Assembly: GCA_015487635.1 (NCBI GenBank)
Contig: WFPM01000014.1
Coordinates: 407-64,406, forward strand
Origin: Rhodothermus sp.
GTDB lineage: Bacteria; Bacteroidota; Rhodothermia; Rhodothermales; Rhodothermaceae
Reading direction: 5' to 3'
DNA: 64,000 bases
Positions 37,214-48,809 of this stretch are shown in pieces. The notes beneath the pieces are model-generated. The model searched no databases. It saw only the letters and a list, made by a program, of their open reading frames with translations, and was not told the DNA's origin. Position 1 is the first letter of the stretch. Each line of letters begins with the position of its first letter. A program made the translations under genes and the position numbers.

Positions 37214-38727
37214 GACTTCTTCCGGCGACTGCGGCGGCGTTTCTTCCTGGGCGGGGTGCTCTGCTCGGAGGCAGGCGCCTCGGCTTCCGGCTCGGGACGA
37301 ATGCCCGTGCGGTGCCCTTCCTGCACGTACAGCGCGTCCACCAGCATGGCCAGCAGCTCGGGCTCCTCCTGCGCCAGTTGCTCCACCAGCGGTACGAAGC
37401 GCGCAATCCGCTCCCGATCCAGACTGGTCGTTTCGCGGTAGCGGTCTTCGAGGAGCGCGACGGCGCGTTCGGCCACCCGGGCGGCCACGGCTTCGGATGT
37501 GGGCAGCGTGCCCTTTTCCAGCGGAATGTCGTACTGACGCGCAATCGTCCGAAGCCGCGCCTCTTCGAGCGGCGTCACCAGCACGATCGTAGTGCCTTCC
37601 TTCCCCACACGCCCGGTGCGTCCGGAGCGGTGCACATAGTACTCGGGGTCCTGGGGCACATCGTACATGAACACGTGGGTCAGGTCCGAAATGTCGATGC
37701 CCCGCGCGGCCACATCGGTGGCCACCAGAAGCCGGAGCTGGCCCTTCCGGAGCCGGTCCATGACCCGTTCCCGCTGCTTCTGCGGCAGATCGCCGGTGAT
37801 CGCATCGGCATGGTAGCCGTAGTTTTTGAGAAATTGCCCCAGGTACTCGACGTCGCGTTTCGTGTTGGCGAAGATGATGGCCGACTCCGGGTTTTCCAGT
37901 TCGATGAGCTGCACAAGCGCCCGGTCTTTCTCCATAGGCGGCACGATAAAGTAGCGGTGCTCGATGGTCTCGGCGGCGATCCGATCTGTGCTCAGCGACA
38001 CGAAGGCCGGATCTTTCAGAAACTCACGGGCGAGCGCCTGCACGCGCGCCGGGATCGTGGCGCTGAACATGGCCGTGTTGCGCTCGCGGGGCAGGTAGCG
38101 CTTGAGCTGGCGCATGGCCGGATAAAAGCCCATGGAGAGCATCTCGTCGGCCTCGTCGAAGATAAGCACCTGAAGCGCGCCCAGCCGGAGCGCTCCGCGC
38201 TCGATCAGGTCCAGAATGCGTCCGGGCGTGCCAATCACCACCTGGGCGCCCTGTTCCAGCGCCCTGAGCTGGGGACCGTAGCGCACACCACCGTAGACCG
38301 GCACGGCCCGAAGCGACTGCGCCCCGGCCACCCCGGTTTTCATCTGCTCGAACGCCTCGAAGATCTGCCGGGCCAGCTCGCGCGTGGGCGTCAGCACGAG
38401 CGCCTGCACCTGTCCACGCGCAGGATCCAGCCGTTCGAACAGCGGCAGCAAAAAGGCACCGGTTTTGCCCGAACCGGTCTGCGACTGGACGATCACGTCG
38501 CGCCCTTCCAGCAGATAGGGTAATGTGCGGCGCTGCACCGGCATCAGCTCGGTCCAGCCGATCGCCCGGGCGGCCTGCTGCATGCGTTCAGGCAGCTCCG
38601 CCAGGGATACCTCCGGCAACGGCTCGCCGGTGGCCTGAACGGCCGCCGCCTCCTGCTTTTTCTGTTGCGCCCGTCGGGTCAGATCGATGACGGTGGTGTA
38701 GGGCGAGCGAACCGGTTCTTCGGCCAT
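37210..38727 (-). CDS. DEAD-box ATP-dependent RNA helicase
   Basis: Helicase motifs QSQTGSGKT, DEAD (IFDEADEML), SAT and HRSGRTGR, plus a basic C-terminal tail. The start was set at MAEEPVRS (38727). Confidence 0.87.
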   Translation of the reverse strand: MAEEPVRSPYTTVIDLTRRAQQKKQEAAAVQATGEPLPEVSLAELPERMQQAARAIGWTELMPVQRRTLPYLLEGRDVIVQSQTGSGKTGAFLLPLFERLDPARGQVQALVLTPTRELARQIFEAFEQMKTGVAGAQSLRAVPVYGGVRYGPQLRALEQGAQVVIGTPGRILDLIERGALRLGALQVLIFDEADEMLSMGFYPAMRQLKRYLPRERNTAMFSATIPARVQALAREFLKDPAFVSLSTDRIAAETIEHRYFIVPPMEKDRALVQLIELENPESAIIFANTKRDVEYLGQFLKNYGYHADAITGDLPQKQRERVMDRLRKGQLRLLVATDVAARGIDISDLTHVFMYDVPQDPEYYVHRSGRTGRVGKEGTTIVLVTPLEEARLRTIARQYDIPLEKGTLPTSEAVAARVAERAVALLEDRYRETTSLDRERIARFVPLVEQLAQEEPELLAMLVDALYVQEGHRTGIRPEPEAEAPASEQSTPPRKKRRRSRRKKS

Positions 38728-38824
38728 TGTTTTCCCGGGGTTTTGAACAAAAACAGATGCGGCGGCCTCTGGCCGCCGTATTTTTTTCCCAACGCCAAAG
38801 CCTGCCGGTTCGATCCAAGGCGCC

Positions 38825-39574
38825 TTACATGGCCATGCCGCCGTCGACGTGCAGCACATGTCCGGTAATGTAGCTGGCGGCAGGCGACGCCAGAAACAGC
38901 ACAGCTTGCGCCACATCCTCGGGCGTGCCCGGCCGACCCAGCGGAATGCTGTGCAGCATGGCCTGGCGCGCCTGTTCGGGCAGCGCAGCCGTCATGTCGG
39001 TTTCGATGTAGCCGGGTGCCACCACGTTCACCGTGATGCCCCGGCTGCCCAGCTCCCGGGCCAGGCTCTTCGAGAAGCCGATGATGCCAGCCTTCGAGGC
39101 CGCATAGTTCGTCTGCCCGGCATTGCCCACCACACCTACCACCGACGAGATGTTGATGATGCGGCCGCTGCGCTGGCGCATCATGGGCCGGTAGACCTGC
39201 TTGCAGAAGTTGAACACGCCTTTCAGATTGGCCGCCAGCACGGCATCCCAGTCCGCCTCGCTCATGCGGAGCAGCAGGTTGTCCCGCGTGATCCCGGCAT
39301 TGTTCACAAGCACGTCGATCTTCCCCCAGGCCTCCAACACGGCTTCCACGACGCGTCCGGCCGCTTCGAAGTCGGCCGCATCGGCCTGAAAGGCCAGCAC
39401 CTCGGAGCCCTGCTCGGTGAGTTGCGCTTTGAGCGCCTCGGCCTCCTGCACGGAGCTGCGGTAGGTGAAGGCGACGCGGGCGCTGGCCTGTGCGAAAGCC
39501 TCCACGATGGCGCGGCCGATGCCGCGCGTGCCGCCGGTAACCAGTACAGATTGCCCGGAGAAATCAAACGTCAT
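38825..39574 (-). CDS. fabG: 3-oxoacyl-[ACP] reductase
   Basis: SDR motifs TGGTRGIGRAI, NNAG and YAASKAG. It lies in the fab operon. Confidence 0.9.
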   Translation of the reverse strand: MTFDFSGQSVLVTGGTRGIGRAIVEAFAQASARVAFTYRSSVQEAEALKAQLTEQGSEVLAFQADAADFEAAGRVVEAVLEAWGKIDVLVNNAGITRDNLLLRMSEADWDAVLAANLKGVFNFCKQVYRPMMRQRSGRIINISSVVGVVGNAGQTNYAASKAGIIGFSKSLARELGSRGITVNVVAPGYIETDMTAALPEQARQAMLHSIPLGRPGTPEDVAQAVLFLASPAASYITGHVLHVDGGMAM

Positions 39575-39577
39575 GGC

Positions 39578-40542
39578 TCAGGAGGTTTGCTGCAGGAGGG
39601 ATTCCAGTTCGTCGGCCGTTCCGGCCGTAGCCACTGCCACGTCACGGCCCAGCGTGCGCCGCACCAGGCCGGTCAGTACGTTGCCCGGCCCCACCTCCAG
39701 AAACGACGTGAAGCCGTCGGCCTGCATGCGGTGCAGGATCTGCGTGAAACGCACCGGGGCGAGCATCTGCTCGACGAGCCGGGTCCGGATCTCTTCGGGA
39801 TCGGTGGTCGGGGCCGCCGTCACGTTCAGATAGACGGGGCAGCGGGGCGTCTTGAGCGGTACCTCGGCGATGGCCTCGGCCAGCTTCCGGCTGGCCTCCT
39901 CCATGAGCGGCGAATGAAACGCACCGCTGACAGGCAGCATCACCACGCGCCGAGCCCCGCGCGCTTTCGCCTTTTCGGCGGCCCGCTCCACGGCCGCCAC
40001 CTCGCCCGAGATGACCACCTGGCCCGGGGCGTTGTAGTTGGCCGGCTGCACAAAGCCGCCGCCTTCATCCACCACCTCGCGGCAGAGCGCCTCGACGGCC
40101 TCGTCGTCCAGTCCCAGAATGGCCGCCATCGTGCCGGGCCGCGTGCGGCCGGCTTCGGCCATGAGCTGACCGCGAAGTCGCACCAACCGAAGCCCGTCCT
40201 CGAAAGAAAGCGCGCCAGCGGCCGCCAGCGCACTGTACTCGCCCAGGCTATGGCCGGCCACCGCGTCGGGGCGCCGCCCGGCCGCTTCGAGTACGGCCAC
40301 CACGGCCAGACTGTGCACATAAAGCGCCGGCTGCGTGATGTCGGTCTGCGCCAGCGCCACCGCAGCTGCCTCGGCCTCATCGGTGTGCGTGCCGAACATG
40401 TAGGCGGTCAGCGGAAAACCCAGCAACCGATCGGCCGCTTCCAGGCGCGCACGGGCCTCCGGGAAACGAGCCATCAGGTCCCGGGCCATACCCACCCGCT
40501 GCGACCCCTGTCCGGGAAACAACCAGACCTGCGCCATTGCAT

Positions 40543-40546
<4 letters not shown>
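39578..40546 (-). CDS. fabD: Malonyl-CoA:ACP transacylase
   Basis: Motifs FPGQGSQ and [10 protein letters not shown]. Confidence 0.9.
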
Positions 40547-41583
<1,037 letters not shown>

Positions 41584-41609
41584 TGCTCCCGTTTGCAGTT
41601 ACGTGCAGT

Positions 41610-42617
41610 TCAGGCTGGATGAAAGGCTGCGGCAATGGAGCGAACCACGCCCTGTTCGACCAGCTCGGCCGCGGCCTGGATCATACGGGCAATGGCGCGG
41701 GCCGAAGAGCTGCCGTGTCCGATCACGACGGCGCCGTTGACGCCCAGCAGCGGTGCGCCCCCGTATTCTTCATAGTCGAAGCGGCGCAACACCCCGCGGA
41801 GCAATCCCAGCACCTGCCGTTGCTGTGCGGTGTCGAGCCCCTGCGCCTGCATTTCCTGGCGAAGCATCTCGACGAAGGCCGTCACCATGCTCTCGCCCAG
41901 TTTGAGCATCACGTTGCCCACGAAGCCGTCGCACACGACCACGTCGGCCGCATGGTGCATCAGATCCCGGCCCTCGACGTTGCCGCGGAAGTTCAGGTCC
42001 GGCGCGGCCTGCAACAGCTCGTAGGCCGCCTTCGTGAGCGCATTACCCTTGCCGGGCTCTTCCCCGACGTTCAGCAGGCCCACGACCGGCCGCTCGACAC
42101 GCCAGACGCGCTCGACGAAGATCGATCCCATTCGAGCGAACTGAAGCAGGTGCTCGGGCTTGCAATCGACGTTTGTGCCAATGTCGAGCACCAGGCAACG
42201 ACCCTTCGTCGTGGGGAAAAAGCCCACCACCGATGGGCGCGAGACCTCGGGCAACCGCCCCAAAATGAACAGCGCGGCAGCCATGATGGCCCCGGTGTTT
42301 CCGGCACTGGCGAACGCGTCGGCCTCGCCCCGGGCGACGGCCTGCAAGCCCAGATGGATCGAGGAGCACAGCTTGGTCTTGACAGCCACGGCGGGCGACT
42401 CGGCCATGCCGATCACATCCGGCGCATCGACGAGCCGAAGGCCTTCACGCCCCAGCGCCTGGCGAGCCGCAAGCTCGGCCTCCACCACCGAGCGGGGGCC
42501 GTAGAGCTGGATCTCCAGGCGCCCGGGGGCCGCCTCAAGCGCCTGCAATACACCTTCGACGACGACCGCGGGCGCGGCGTCGCCTCCCATGGCATCGACG
42601 GCAACACGCAGGGCCAT
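41610..42617 (-). CDS. plsX: Phosphate acyltransferase PlsX
   Basis: Starts RVAVDAMGGD and contains a GFVGNV motif. It shows conserved synteny with rpmF and fabH. Confidence 0.9.
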   Translation of the reverse strand: MALRVAVDAMGGDAAPAVVVEGVLQALEAAPGRLEIQLYGPRSVVEAELAARQALGREGLRLVDAPDVIGMAESPAVAVKTKLCSSIHLGLQAVARGEADAFASAGNTGAIMAAALFILGRLPEVSRPSVVGFFPTTKGRCLVLDIGTNVDCKPEHLLQFARMGSIFVERVWRVERPVVGLLNVGEEPGKGNALTKAAYELLQAAPDLNFRGNVEGRDLMHHAADVVVCDGFVGNVMLKLGESMVTAFVEMLRQEMQAQGLDTAQQRQVLGLLRGVLRRFDYEEYGGAPLLGVNGAVVIGHGSSSARAIARMIQAAAELVEQGVVRSIAAAFHPA

Positions 42618-42717
42618 GTGTGCAATCTACGGGCTTGGTCAGGACAGTGCTGAAAGTCTACGCTTCGACCAAGTAAAAAACAAGGGCCGCCCGCAAACAT
42701 TCGGACGGCCTTCGGCA

Positions 42718-42915
42718 TCAGGCAAACTCTTCCACATCGACCACCTTGCGCCCGCGGTAGTAACCGCACGAGGGACAGGCATGGTGTCGTAGCTTCATGT
42801 TGCCACAGTTGGGGCATTCCATCAAGGGTAACGGCTTCTCCACCAGCCGCCGGTAGTAAACGGCCCGACGCTTCCGCGTGCGCGACTTCGAGTGTCTCCG
42901 TTTCGGGTTGGCCAT
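42718..42915 (-). CDS. rpmF: 50S ribosomal protein L32
   Basis: [17 protein letters not shown] and the zinc ribbon CPNCG...CPSCG. Confidence 0.9.
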   Translation of the reverse strand: MANPKRRHSKSRTRKRRAVYYRRLVEKPLPLMECPNCGNMKLRHHACPSCGYYRGRKVVDVEEFA

Positions 42916-42940
42916 GGCTGTATGCGAATGGTTTATGGTG

Positions 42941-43435
42941 TCAGAGATTTCGAAGTTTTTTCAGGGCTTCCCAACGCGGATCGATCGGGGGCTCCTCGGG
43001 CTCCGGCTCCTCCGGCGCGCCAAATTGCGTCGGAATCGGGATCGACTCGGCGCCCGGTTTCACCTTGCGCATGGGGATCGCCAGCAGCAGCGTATCCCGC
43101 ACCACATCCGTCAGGTCCACAAACCGATCCGCCGCACGCAGCTCACGAACCTCCTCCACGTCATCCCGACTTACGGCCACCCCCGGAGGCGCATAAAACA
43201 GCGAATAGGTCCCCTCCACGGGCTGCTTGAACAGCTCCAGCGTGCGGTCGCATTCCAGCGTCGCCGTAGCGCCGGCCCAGAGCTGCACCAGCAGCCGCCC
43301 TTCCTCGTAGGTAAGTTCCAGTTCCACGCGAATGTCTTCAAACATCCCGGGATCCAGTTCCAGCGCCTCCGCCGAGGGGGTCAGCTCCATCCGCTGAAAT
43401 CCTTCGCGCAGGGCGGCCAGCTCAATCCGCACCAT
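42941..43435 (-). CDS. yceD: YceD/DUF177-family protein
   Basis: 164 aa and acidic, in the conserved position upstream of rpmF. Confidence 0.75.
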   Translation of the reverse strand: MVRIELAALREGFQRMELTPSAEALELDPGMFEDIRVELELTYEEGRLLVQLWAGATATLECDRTLELFKQPVEGTYSLFYAPPGVAVSRDDVEEVRELRAADRFVDLTDVVRDTLLLAIPMRKVKPGAESIPIPTQFGAPEEPEPEEPPIDPRWEALKKLRNL

Positions 43436-43506
43436 GATCCATTCCGCTCCGGTTCATCCCGATAAACAGCCGCAAATCAACGAGACGAGCCTGTGGGAGT
43501 TCCGCT

Positions 43507-43692
43507 TCAGCGCAGCAGCCAGGCCCACAGCGCATAGAGTCCCGAGCCCAGCAACAACAGGATCATCAGCCAGGCAACCGCCCGGTGCATCGGCGAACCG
43601 ACCGGAAACTCATAGCCGCAGTAGGGGCAGACCTCAGCTTTTTCCTCAACCGGCAGGGCGCACGACGGACACTCCCGCATCGGTACGTTCAT
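43507..43692 (-). CDS. Small zinc-ribbon membrane protein
   Basis: 61 aa. CPSC...CPYC followed by one TM helix (VAWLMILLLLGSGLYALWAWLL). Confidence 0.45.
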   Translation of the reverse strand: MNVPMRECPSCALPVEEKAEVCPYCGYEFPVGSPMHRAVAWLMILLLLGSGLYALWAWLLR

Positions 43693-43884
43693 TCGGTTTC
43701 AGCCAATCTTCTTCTCCAGGGGTCAACCCGAAAGGTGACTGTCAGGTTCAAGCGCCCTCGCCTGCTAAACACCAGGGTTCAGCATCGTGAAAATGTCTGA
43801 GACGTCTTGAAGTTCAGCCCGACATGCCGTAGCATTTGAGCGGAGTTTACACCGGGGTAATATGCATCCCCGCCCGCCATCCAG

Positions 43885-44150
43885 TATTGTGGATAACCTG
43901 TGGAAAAATTGCGGATCTGACCTGATTATCGGCCACACTCTGCACCGCCGTCCTCTCCCTGTGGACGGCGTGTGCATTTTAATCAGAAAATAACATAATA
44001 ACTTCCAAAAACAAAAGACTTATGCAAAAATCCTATTGTGGATAACCTGTGGAAAACCCGGGGATTCTGAGAACGAACCCCGCCGTCCAACCGACGTGAA
44101 ATGCACAGGATGTGCATAACGTGTGCATAATTCCGGGGGTGTCGTCCACA
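43885..44150. other. Chromosomal replication origin (oriC) with DnaA boxes and an AT-rich unwinding region
   Basis: TGTGGATAA (complement TTATCCACA) occurs at 43888-43896 and 44036-44044, each followed by TGTGGAAAA. TGTGCATAA (TTATGCACA) occurs at 44111-44119 and 44122-44130. Further variants lie at 43960-43968 and 44142-44150. An AT-rich tract spans 43975-44032. The region is directly upstream of dnaA-dnaN. Confidence 0.78.
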
Positions 44151-44192
44151 GACGCCCGCTCACCCGGCCACCGAACCGCCGCACAACCCGTT

Positions 44193-45704
44193 ATGGAGCG
44201 AACACCGGAGGCGATCTGGCATGCCTGTCTGGAAATCATCCGGGATAACGTCAGCCGGCAGAGCTTCAAGACCTGGTTTGAGCCGATCAAGCCGGTCAGC
44301 CTAACCGAAGAAGACGACCAGATCAAGCTGACGGTCGAGCTGCCGAGCCGCTTCTATTACGAGTGGCTGGAAGAGCATTACTACAGCCTGCTGCGGAAAA
44401 CCATCACCAAGGTGCTGGGCCCCAGAGGGCGTCTGTTCTACAAGATCGTAATCGAGAAAGAGGACCCGCAGAGCGGCTTCGAGGGCATTTCGGTCAACAT
44501 GCCGGCCCATCCTCCGGAGACGACGGCACCTCCCCCGCCGCCACGAACACGCCCGGTTTCACCGACCGCACCGCCCAGTACACCGGAATCACCGGTAGAT
44601 ATCGCCGAGCAGGAGCCGCCCGTTCCCGCCAACCCGTTTGCGATACCCGGCATCATCCGCAAGATTCAGGTCGACAGCCAGTTAGATCCTAAGTACACCT
44701 TCGAACGCTTCATCGAAGGGGACTGCAACCGGCTGGCCCGCAGCGCCGCGCTGGCCATTGCGCAGCAGCCGGGCGCGACCAGCTTCAATCCCTTTCTGGT
44801 TTACGGCGGCGTGGGGCTGGGCAAAACGCACCTGATCCAGGCGATCGGCAACTATGCCCGCCAGCACAGCACGGCCGAAACGATCCGCTACGTCTCCAGC
44901 GAACAATTCACGAACGAGTTTGTGCAGGCCATCCAGCACAACCGGATCAACGAGTTTTCGCTGTTCTACCGACACATCGACCTGCTGATCGTCGACGATA
45001 TTCAGTTTTTCGGCGGTAAGGAGAAGACGCAGGAAGAGTTCTTTCACATTTTCAATGCGCTGCACCAGACGGGCAAGCAGATTGTTCTTTCGGCCGACCG
45101 GCCGCCCAAAGACATTCCCGGCATCGAAGAGCGGTTGCTGTCGCGCTTTCAGTGGGGACTGATGGCCGACGTGCAGCCGCCGGATCTGGAAACGCGCATT
45201 GCCATTCTGCGCCGCAAGGCCGAAGACGAGGGCATCGAACTGGGCGACGACGTGATCGAGTTCATCGCGCATCACGTCAAGAGCAATTTCCGGGAGCTGG
45301 AAGGAGCGCTGCTCCGGCTGGTGGCACACGCGGCCTATCAGCGCCGGGACATCGACCTGACACTGGCCCGCGAAGCCCTGCGCGACCTGATCAAGGAAAG
45401 CCGTGTTACGCTGACTATCGACCAGATTCAGCAGCTCGTCTGCGAGTACTTCGACGTTGCGCCCGACCTGATCCGCTCCAAGACGCGCAAGCGCGAAATC
45501 GTCCAGGCCCGCCAAGTAGCCATGTACTTCTGCAAGCAGTTCACGCAGCACTCGCTGAAGTCGATCGGACTCCACTTCGGCGGCCGCGATCACTCGACGG
45601 TGATTCACGCCTGCCAGAGCGTGGAAAACCTCATGGAAACCGATCCGAAGTTCCGGGAAATAATCGAAGAGCTGCGGCACAAAATCTCGCTTTACAGCCG
45701 CTGA
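44193..45704 (+). CDS. dnaA: Chromosomal replication initiator DnaA
   Basis: N-terminal WHACLEIIRDNVSRQSFKTWF, AAA+ Walker A GGVGLGKTHL and C-terminal DNA-binding domain (HSTVIHAC). The start was set at MERTPEAIW because 44112-44192 contains DnaA boxes. Confidence 0.9.
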   Translation: MERTPEAIWHACLEIIRDNVSRQSFKTWFEPIKPVSLTEEDDQIKLTVELPSRFYYEWLEEHYYSLLRKTITKVLGPRGRLFYKIVIEKEDPQSGFEGISVNMPAHPPETTAPPPPPRTRPVSPTAPPSTPESPVDIAEQEPPVPANPFAIPGIIRKIQVDSQLDPKYTFERFIEGDCNRLARSAALAIAQQPGATSFNPFLVYGGVGLGKTHLIQAIGNYARQHSTAETIRYVSSEQFTNEFVQAIQHNRINEFSLFYRHIDLLIVDDIQFFGGKEKTQEEFFHIFNALHQTGKQIVLSADRPPKDIPGIEERLLSRFQWGLMADVQPPDLETRIAILRRKAEDEGIELGDDVIEFIAHHVKSNFRELEGALLRLVAHAAYQRRDIDLTLAREALRDLIKESRVTLTIDQIQQLVCEYFDVAPDLIRSKTRKREIVQARQVAMYFCKQFTQHSLKSIGLHFGGRDHSTVIHACQSVENLMETDPKFREIIEELRHKISLYSR

Positions 45705-45762
45705 CATCCCGCGATTTTTCCCTATATTCCAGCATTCCCTGGCCAGCTTTTATAAGAAAGCC

Positions 45763-46902
45763 ATGCGTTTTACCGTATCCAGCAACGACCTGCTGAAGGC
45801 CCTGACGGCGGTGGCCGGTGTGGTCCCCTCGAAGGCCACCATGCCCATTCTGGAGTGCATCCTGTTCGAGGCGGAAGACGGTGCGCTCCGGCTGAGTGCG
45901 ACGGATCTGGAGATCTCGATTGTGGAGCGACTCCCGATTCAGCTGGAGCTTCAGAACGGCACGGAAGGGGCGCGCCGGGTGGCCGTCCCGGCCCGTCGGC
46001 TACTGGAGACGCTCCGGGCACTTCCGGACCTGCCGGTGCAGTTCAGCGCCGACGAGTCGTTCAACGTGACGCTGACCACCGATCAGGGGCATTACAAGAT
46101 GGTGGGCTTCGACGGCGCCGACTATCCGGCGCTACCCGAACTTGACGAAGCCCACAGCCTGAGCGTCGATGCCGCACTGCTGCGCCGGGCCATCCAGAAG
46201 ACGGCTTTTGCCGTCAGCAAAGACACGCTGCGCCCGGCCATGATGGGCATCTTCTTCCAGGTGCAGCCCGAAGAAGGGCGCGTGGTGGCCACCGACGGCC
46301 ATCGGCTGGTACGCCTCCGACTGCGCGAGCTGGTCAGCGAAACGCCTCTGGAATTTATCGTCCCGGAAAAGGCCACCTCGCTGGTGGCCAAGCTGGCCGC
46401 CCAGCTCGACGGCACCTGCACAATCCGCGTGGACGAACGCCACGTGGCCTTCGAGATGGGGCCGGTGCGCATCATCAGCCGCCTGATCGACGAGGTCTAT
46501 CCCAACTACGAAGCGGTGATTCCCGTCGAAAACGACCGGCGACTGGTGGTGGACCGGGACGCATTTCTGTCGGCCGTCAAGCGCGTGGGCCTGTATGCCT
46601 CCAGTACGACCAACCAGGTACGGCTAACGCTCGCACCGGACCATGTGGAAATTGCGGCCGAGGACATCGAGCGGGCCAGCGAAGCCTACGAGCGTGTGCC
46701 CTGCGCCTACGACGGCGAGCCCATGGTTATCGGATTCAATGCAGGCTACCTGACCGAAGTGCTGGGGAACGTGGACTCCGACGAGGTCGTGCTAGAATTC
46801 AGCTCGCCCAACCGGGCCGGCGTAGTCATGCCGCACGAGCAGGCCGAAGGCGAGGACCTGCTCATGCTTATCATGCCGGTCATGCTGAACACCTACGCCT
46901 GA
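45763..46902 (+). CDS. dnaN: DNA polymerase III beta sliding clamp
   Basis: 379 aa starting MRFTVSSNDLLKAL. C-terminal LMPVML-type ending. Lies downstream of dnaA. Confidence 0.9.
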   Translation: MRFTVSSNDLLKALTAVAGVVPSKATMPILECILFEAEDGALRLSATDLEISIVERLPIQLELQNGTEGARRVAVPARRLLETLRALPDLPVQFSADESFNVTLTTDQGHYKMVGFDGADYPALPELDEAHSLSVDAALLRRAIQKTAFAVSKDTLRPAMMGIFFQVQPEEGRVVATDGHRLVRLRLRELVSETPLEFIVPEKATSLVAKLAAQLDGTCTIRVDERHVAFEMGPVRIISRLIDEVYPNYEAVIPVENDRRLVVDRDAFLSAVKRVGLYASSTTNQVRLTLAPDHVEIAAEDIERASEAYERVPCAYDGEPMVIGFNAGYLTEVLGNVDSDEVVLEFSSPNRAGVVMPHEQAEGEDLLMLIMPVMLNTYA

Positions 46903-46903
46903 T

Positions 46904-47929
46904 TCAGCACAGCTCCGGCGTCTCCAGGCATCGAAACTGCGCCAGGAGCTGCCGGGCTGCTTCGGTGTAGGGTCCTTCCTGCGCGGCCAAGTCCTGGAGG
47001 ACCTGGCGTGCGCCGTCCACGTCGTGACGCAACAGCCGGACCTTCCCCAGCAGCCACTGCGCCTCCTGGCGCAGCGCCTCCTGGCGCAGCGGGGACGACT
47101 TGGGCGCAGTCGTCACCACGGCAACCAGAAGCGACTCGGCTCGGGCCAGACGCTCAGCGTCGTAGTGTGGGAAAAGTCCCAGATATGACCGATAGGCCGC
47201 CCGGATCTCTTGAAGCGCCTCCTGATAGGTGCGTTCGGCCTCGGAAGTGCCCGGCGCCGCTTCGCCCCGGTATTGCTCGACTTCAAGCTGCGCTGGCGCG
47301 ATAAAGCCCAGCCGCTCCAGTTCGGATTGCGCGGCCCGGCTCCACCAGAACAGTCCCCCGTAAATCACCGACAGGACCACCACCATAAAGGCGCCCCGCT
47401 CCACCCAGCGCCAGGCGGACCTGCGGGCTGGCCTCCGGGCCGGTCGGTCCGGCGCACCTGCTATTTCGGGACGCCGCGCAGGCACCTCGTAGAAAGCGGA
47501 CTCTTCGGCAACCGCCGGAACCGGTTCGGTCTCACGCTCCAGGCTGCGTCCTGTAAGGCGCTCGAAGTGCGCCGGGGCATCGAACTTCCGGACCAACGCG
47601 TCCAGTTGCCGGGCCATTTCCTCGCAGCGGCGACGCAGCGTCGGATCGGCTTCCAGTTGCGCCTCCAGACGGGCAAAAAGCGTAGCCAGCGACGGCGGAA
47701 GCGGACGATCAGACAGGCGCCGGGTAACCAGATAAAAGGCTAGCATTTCTTCGGACATGGGATCCTCCGGCGTAAGGTGCAACGATTGCAGTAGCGGCGT
47801 GAGCGACTGAATGGCCTCCAGCAACTCCCGCCATGCGGGATCACGAAGGGCTTCCTGTTCCACTTCCCGTTGTGCTTCCCGGCTAAGCCAGGGATAATGC
47901 AGAATCTTATTACCCAACGTCTCTTTCAT
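46904..47929 (-). CDS. Hypothetical membrane protein, possible anti-sigma factor partner
   Basis: 341 aa with one central TM helix (AFMVVVLSVIYGGLFWW). It lies downstream of a sigma-70-family gene on the same strand. No recognisable catalytic motifs. Confidence 0.45.
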   Translation of the reverse strand: MKETLGNKILHYPWLSREAQREVEQEALRDPAWRELLEAIQSLTPLLQSLHLTPEDPMSEEMLAFYLVTRRLSDRPLPPSLATLFARLEAQLEADPTLRRRCEEMARQLDALVRKFDAPAHFERLTGRSLERETEPVPAVAEESAFYEVPARRPEIAGAPDRPARRPARRSAWRWVERGAFMVVVLSVIYGGLFWWSRAAQSELERLGFIAPAQLEVEQYRGEAAPGTSEAERTYQEALQEIRAAYRSYLGLFPHYDAERLARAESLLVAVVTTAPKSSPLRQEALRQEAQWLLGKVRLLRHDVDGARQVLQDLAAQEGPYTEAARQLLAQFRCLETPELC

Positions 47930-48044
47930 TATAAACTTTGCCTGTCGTATTCTGAACCGGTCTGTTAAATAAGAACCCGAAAAGTTCTTTTTGTTACCTC
48001 TATCGTCAAAATACCAGACTTTACGTATCGCGCATCAATTCTGT

Positions 48045-48677
48045 CTAAAGAAATTCCTGCAATGCCGAGTCCTGGCGCAGGCGACGAAAGGCCCGGCTCA
48101 GGTAGACACGGATCGTGCCGGGAGGCTTTTCCAGTCGACGGCTGATCTCATGATAGGTGAGTCCTTCCAGCAGAGCCAGGCGGGCTGCCTCACGGAGAAA
48201 GTCCGGAAGGCGCTCGACGGCGGCCGCAAGGACCGGAAGCAGCCGGGTAAGATCCTCCCGCGCCAGCTGAGCTTCGGCCTCCGGCCCTTCGAAAGGAGGA
48301 TCGTCCGGCTCAGGGATGGGCCGCCGCCGCAGGTTACGCAGATAGTTCAGAAAGGCATTACGACAGGCCGTGCCCACCCAGCTCACAAAACGGTCCCGCT
48401 CGCGCACCGAGTCGAGCTGGCAGCGCAGCCGGAGAAACGTGTCGCCGATAAGCTGCTCCAGTTCCACCTCCGACAGGTGCGGCTCCCGAAGCATCCGGAC
48501 CATGAAGTACCGCCCCACAAAGCAGTAAAGCCAGAGCTCCAGCAGTTCAAGATCTGTCGGATGCCGGGAGGTGCACCAGCGTTCGTAGAGGGCCACCACC
48601 GCCTCCTGATCGTCCGGGTGGAACGGCAAGCGCGCCGCCAGGGCCTCCAGCCCGCCCAGTTCGTCGTGAACGGCCAT
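48045..48677 (-). CDS. Sigma-70-family (ECF-like) RNA polymerase sigma factor
   Basis: Region 4 HTH LTYHEISRRLEKPPGTIRVYLSRAFRRLR and a region 2-like segment. Confidence 0.72.
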   Translation of the reverse strand: MAVHDELGGLEALAARLPFHPDDQEAVVALYERWCTSRHPTDLELLELWLYCFVGRYFMVRMLREPHLSEVELEQLIGDTFLRLRCQLDSVRERDRFVSWVGTACRNAFLNYLRNLRRRPIPEPDDPPFEGPEAEAQLAREDLTRLLPVLAAAVERLPDFLREAARLALLEGLTYHEISRRLEKPPGTIRVYLSRAFRRLRQDSALQEFL

Positions 48678-48809
48678 TGCTCGTCAGACTCCGCGTTACC
48701 CGAAAGCTAAGCACCGTTGCGTCAAGAATAAAGGAAGAATCACGCCCCCGGAAAACCATTTGCCCGAAACGGCGTGAGAAGGCCTGCTTTTGCCCGAAGC
48801 GTGTGCATC

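Noticed and set aside
44112-44192. 27-codon N-terminal extension of dnaA (start at 44112)
   Set aside because: The region contains tandem DnaA boxes and has no similarity to DnaA N termini. The conserved N terminus begins at MERTPEAIW (44193).
47968-47990. AAGAAC-CCGAAA-GTTCTT hairpin with a T-run between the sigma factor and the downstream membrane-protein gene
   Set aside because: The T-run follows the hairpin only on the plus strand, while both flanking genes are on the minus strand. It is weak as a terminator for either gene.
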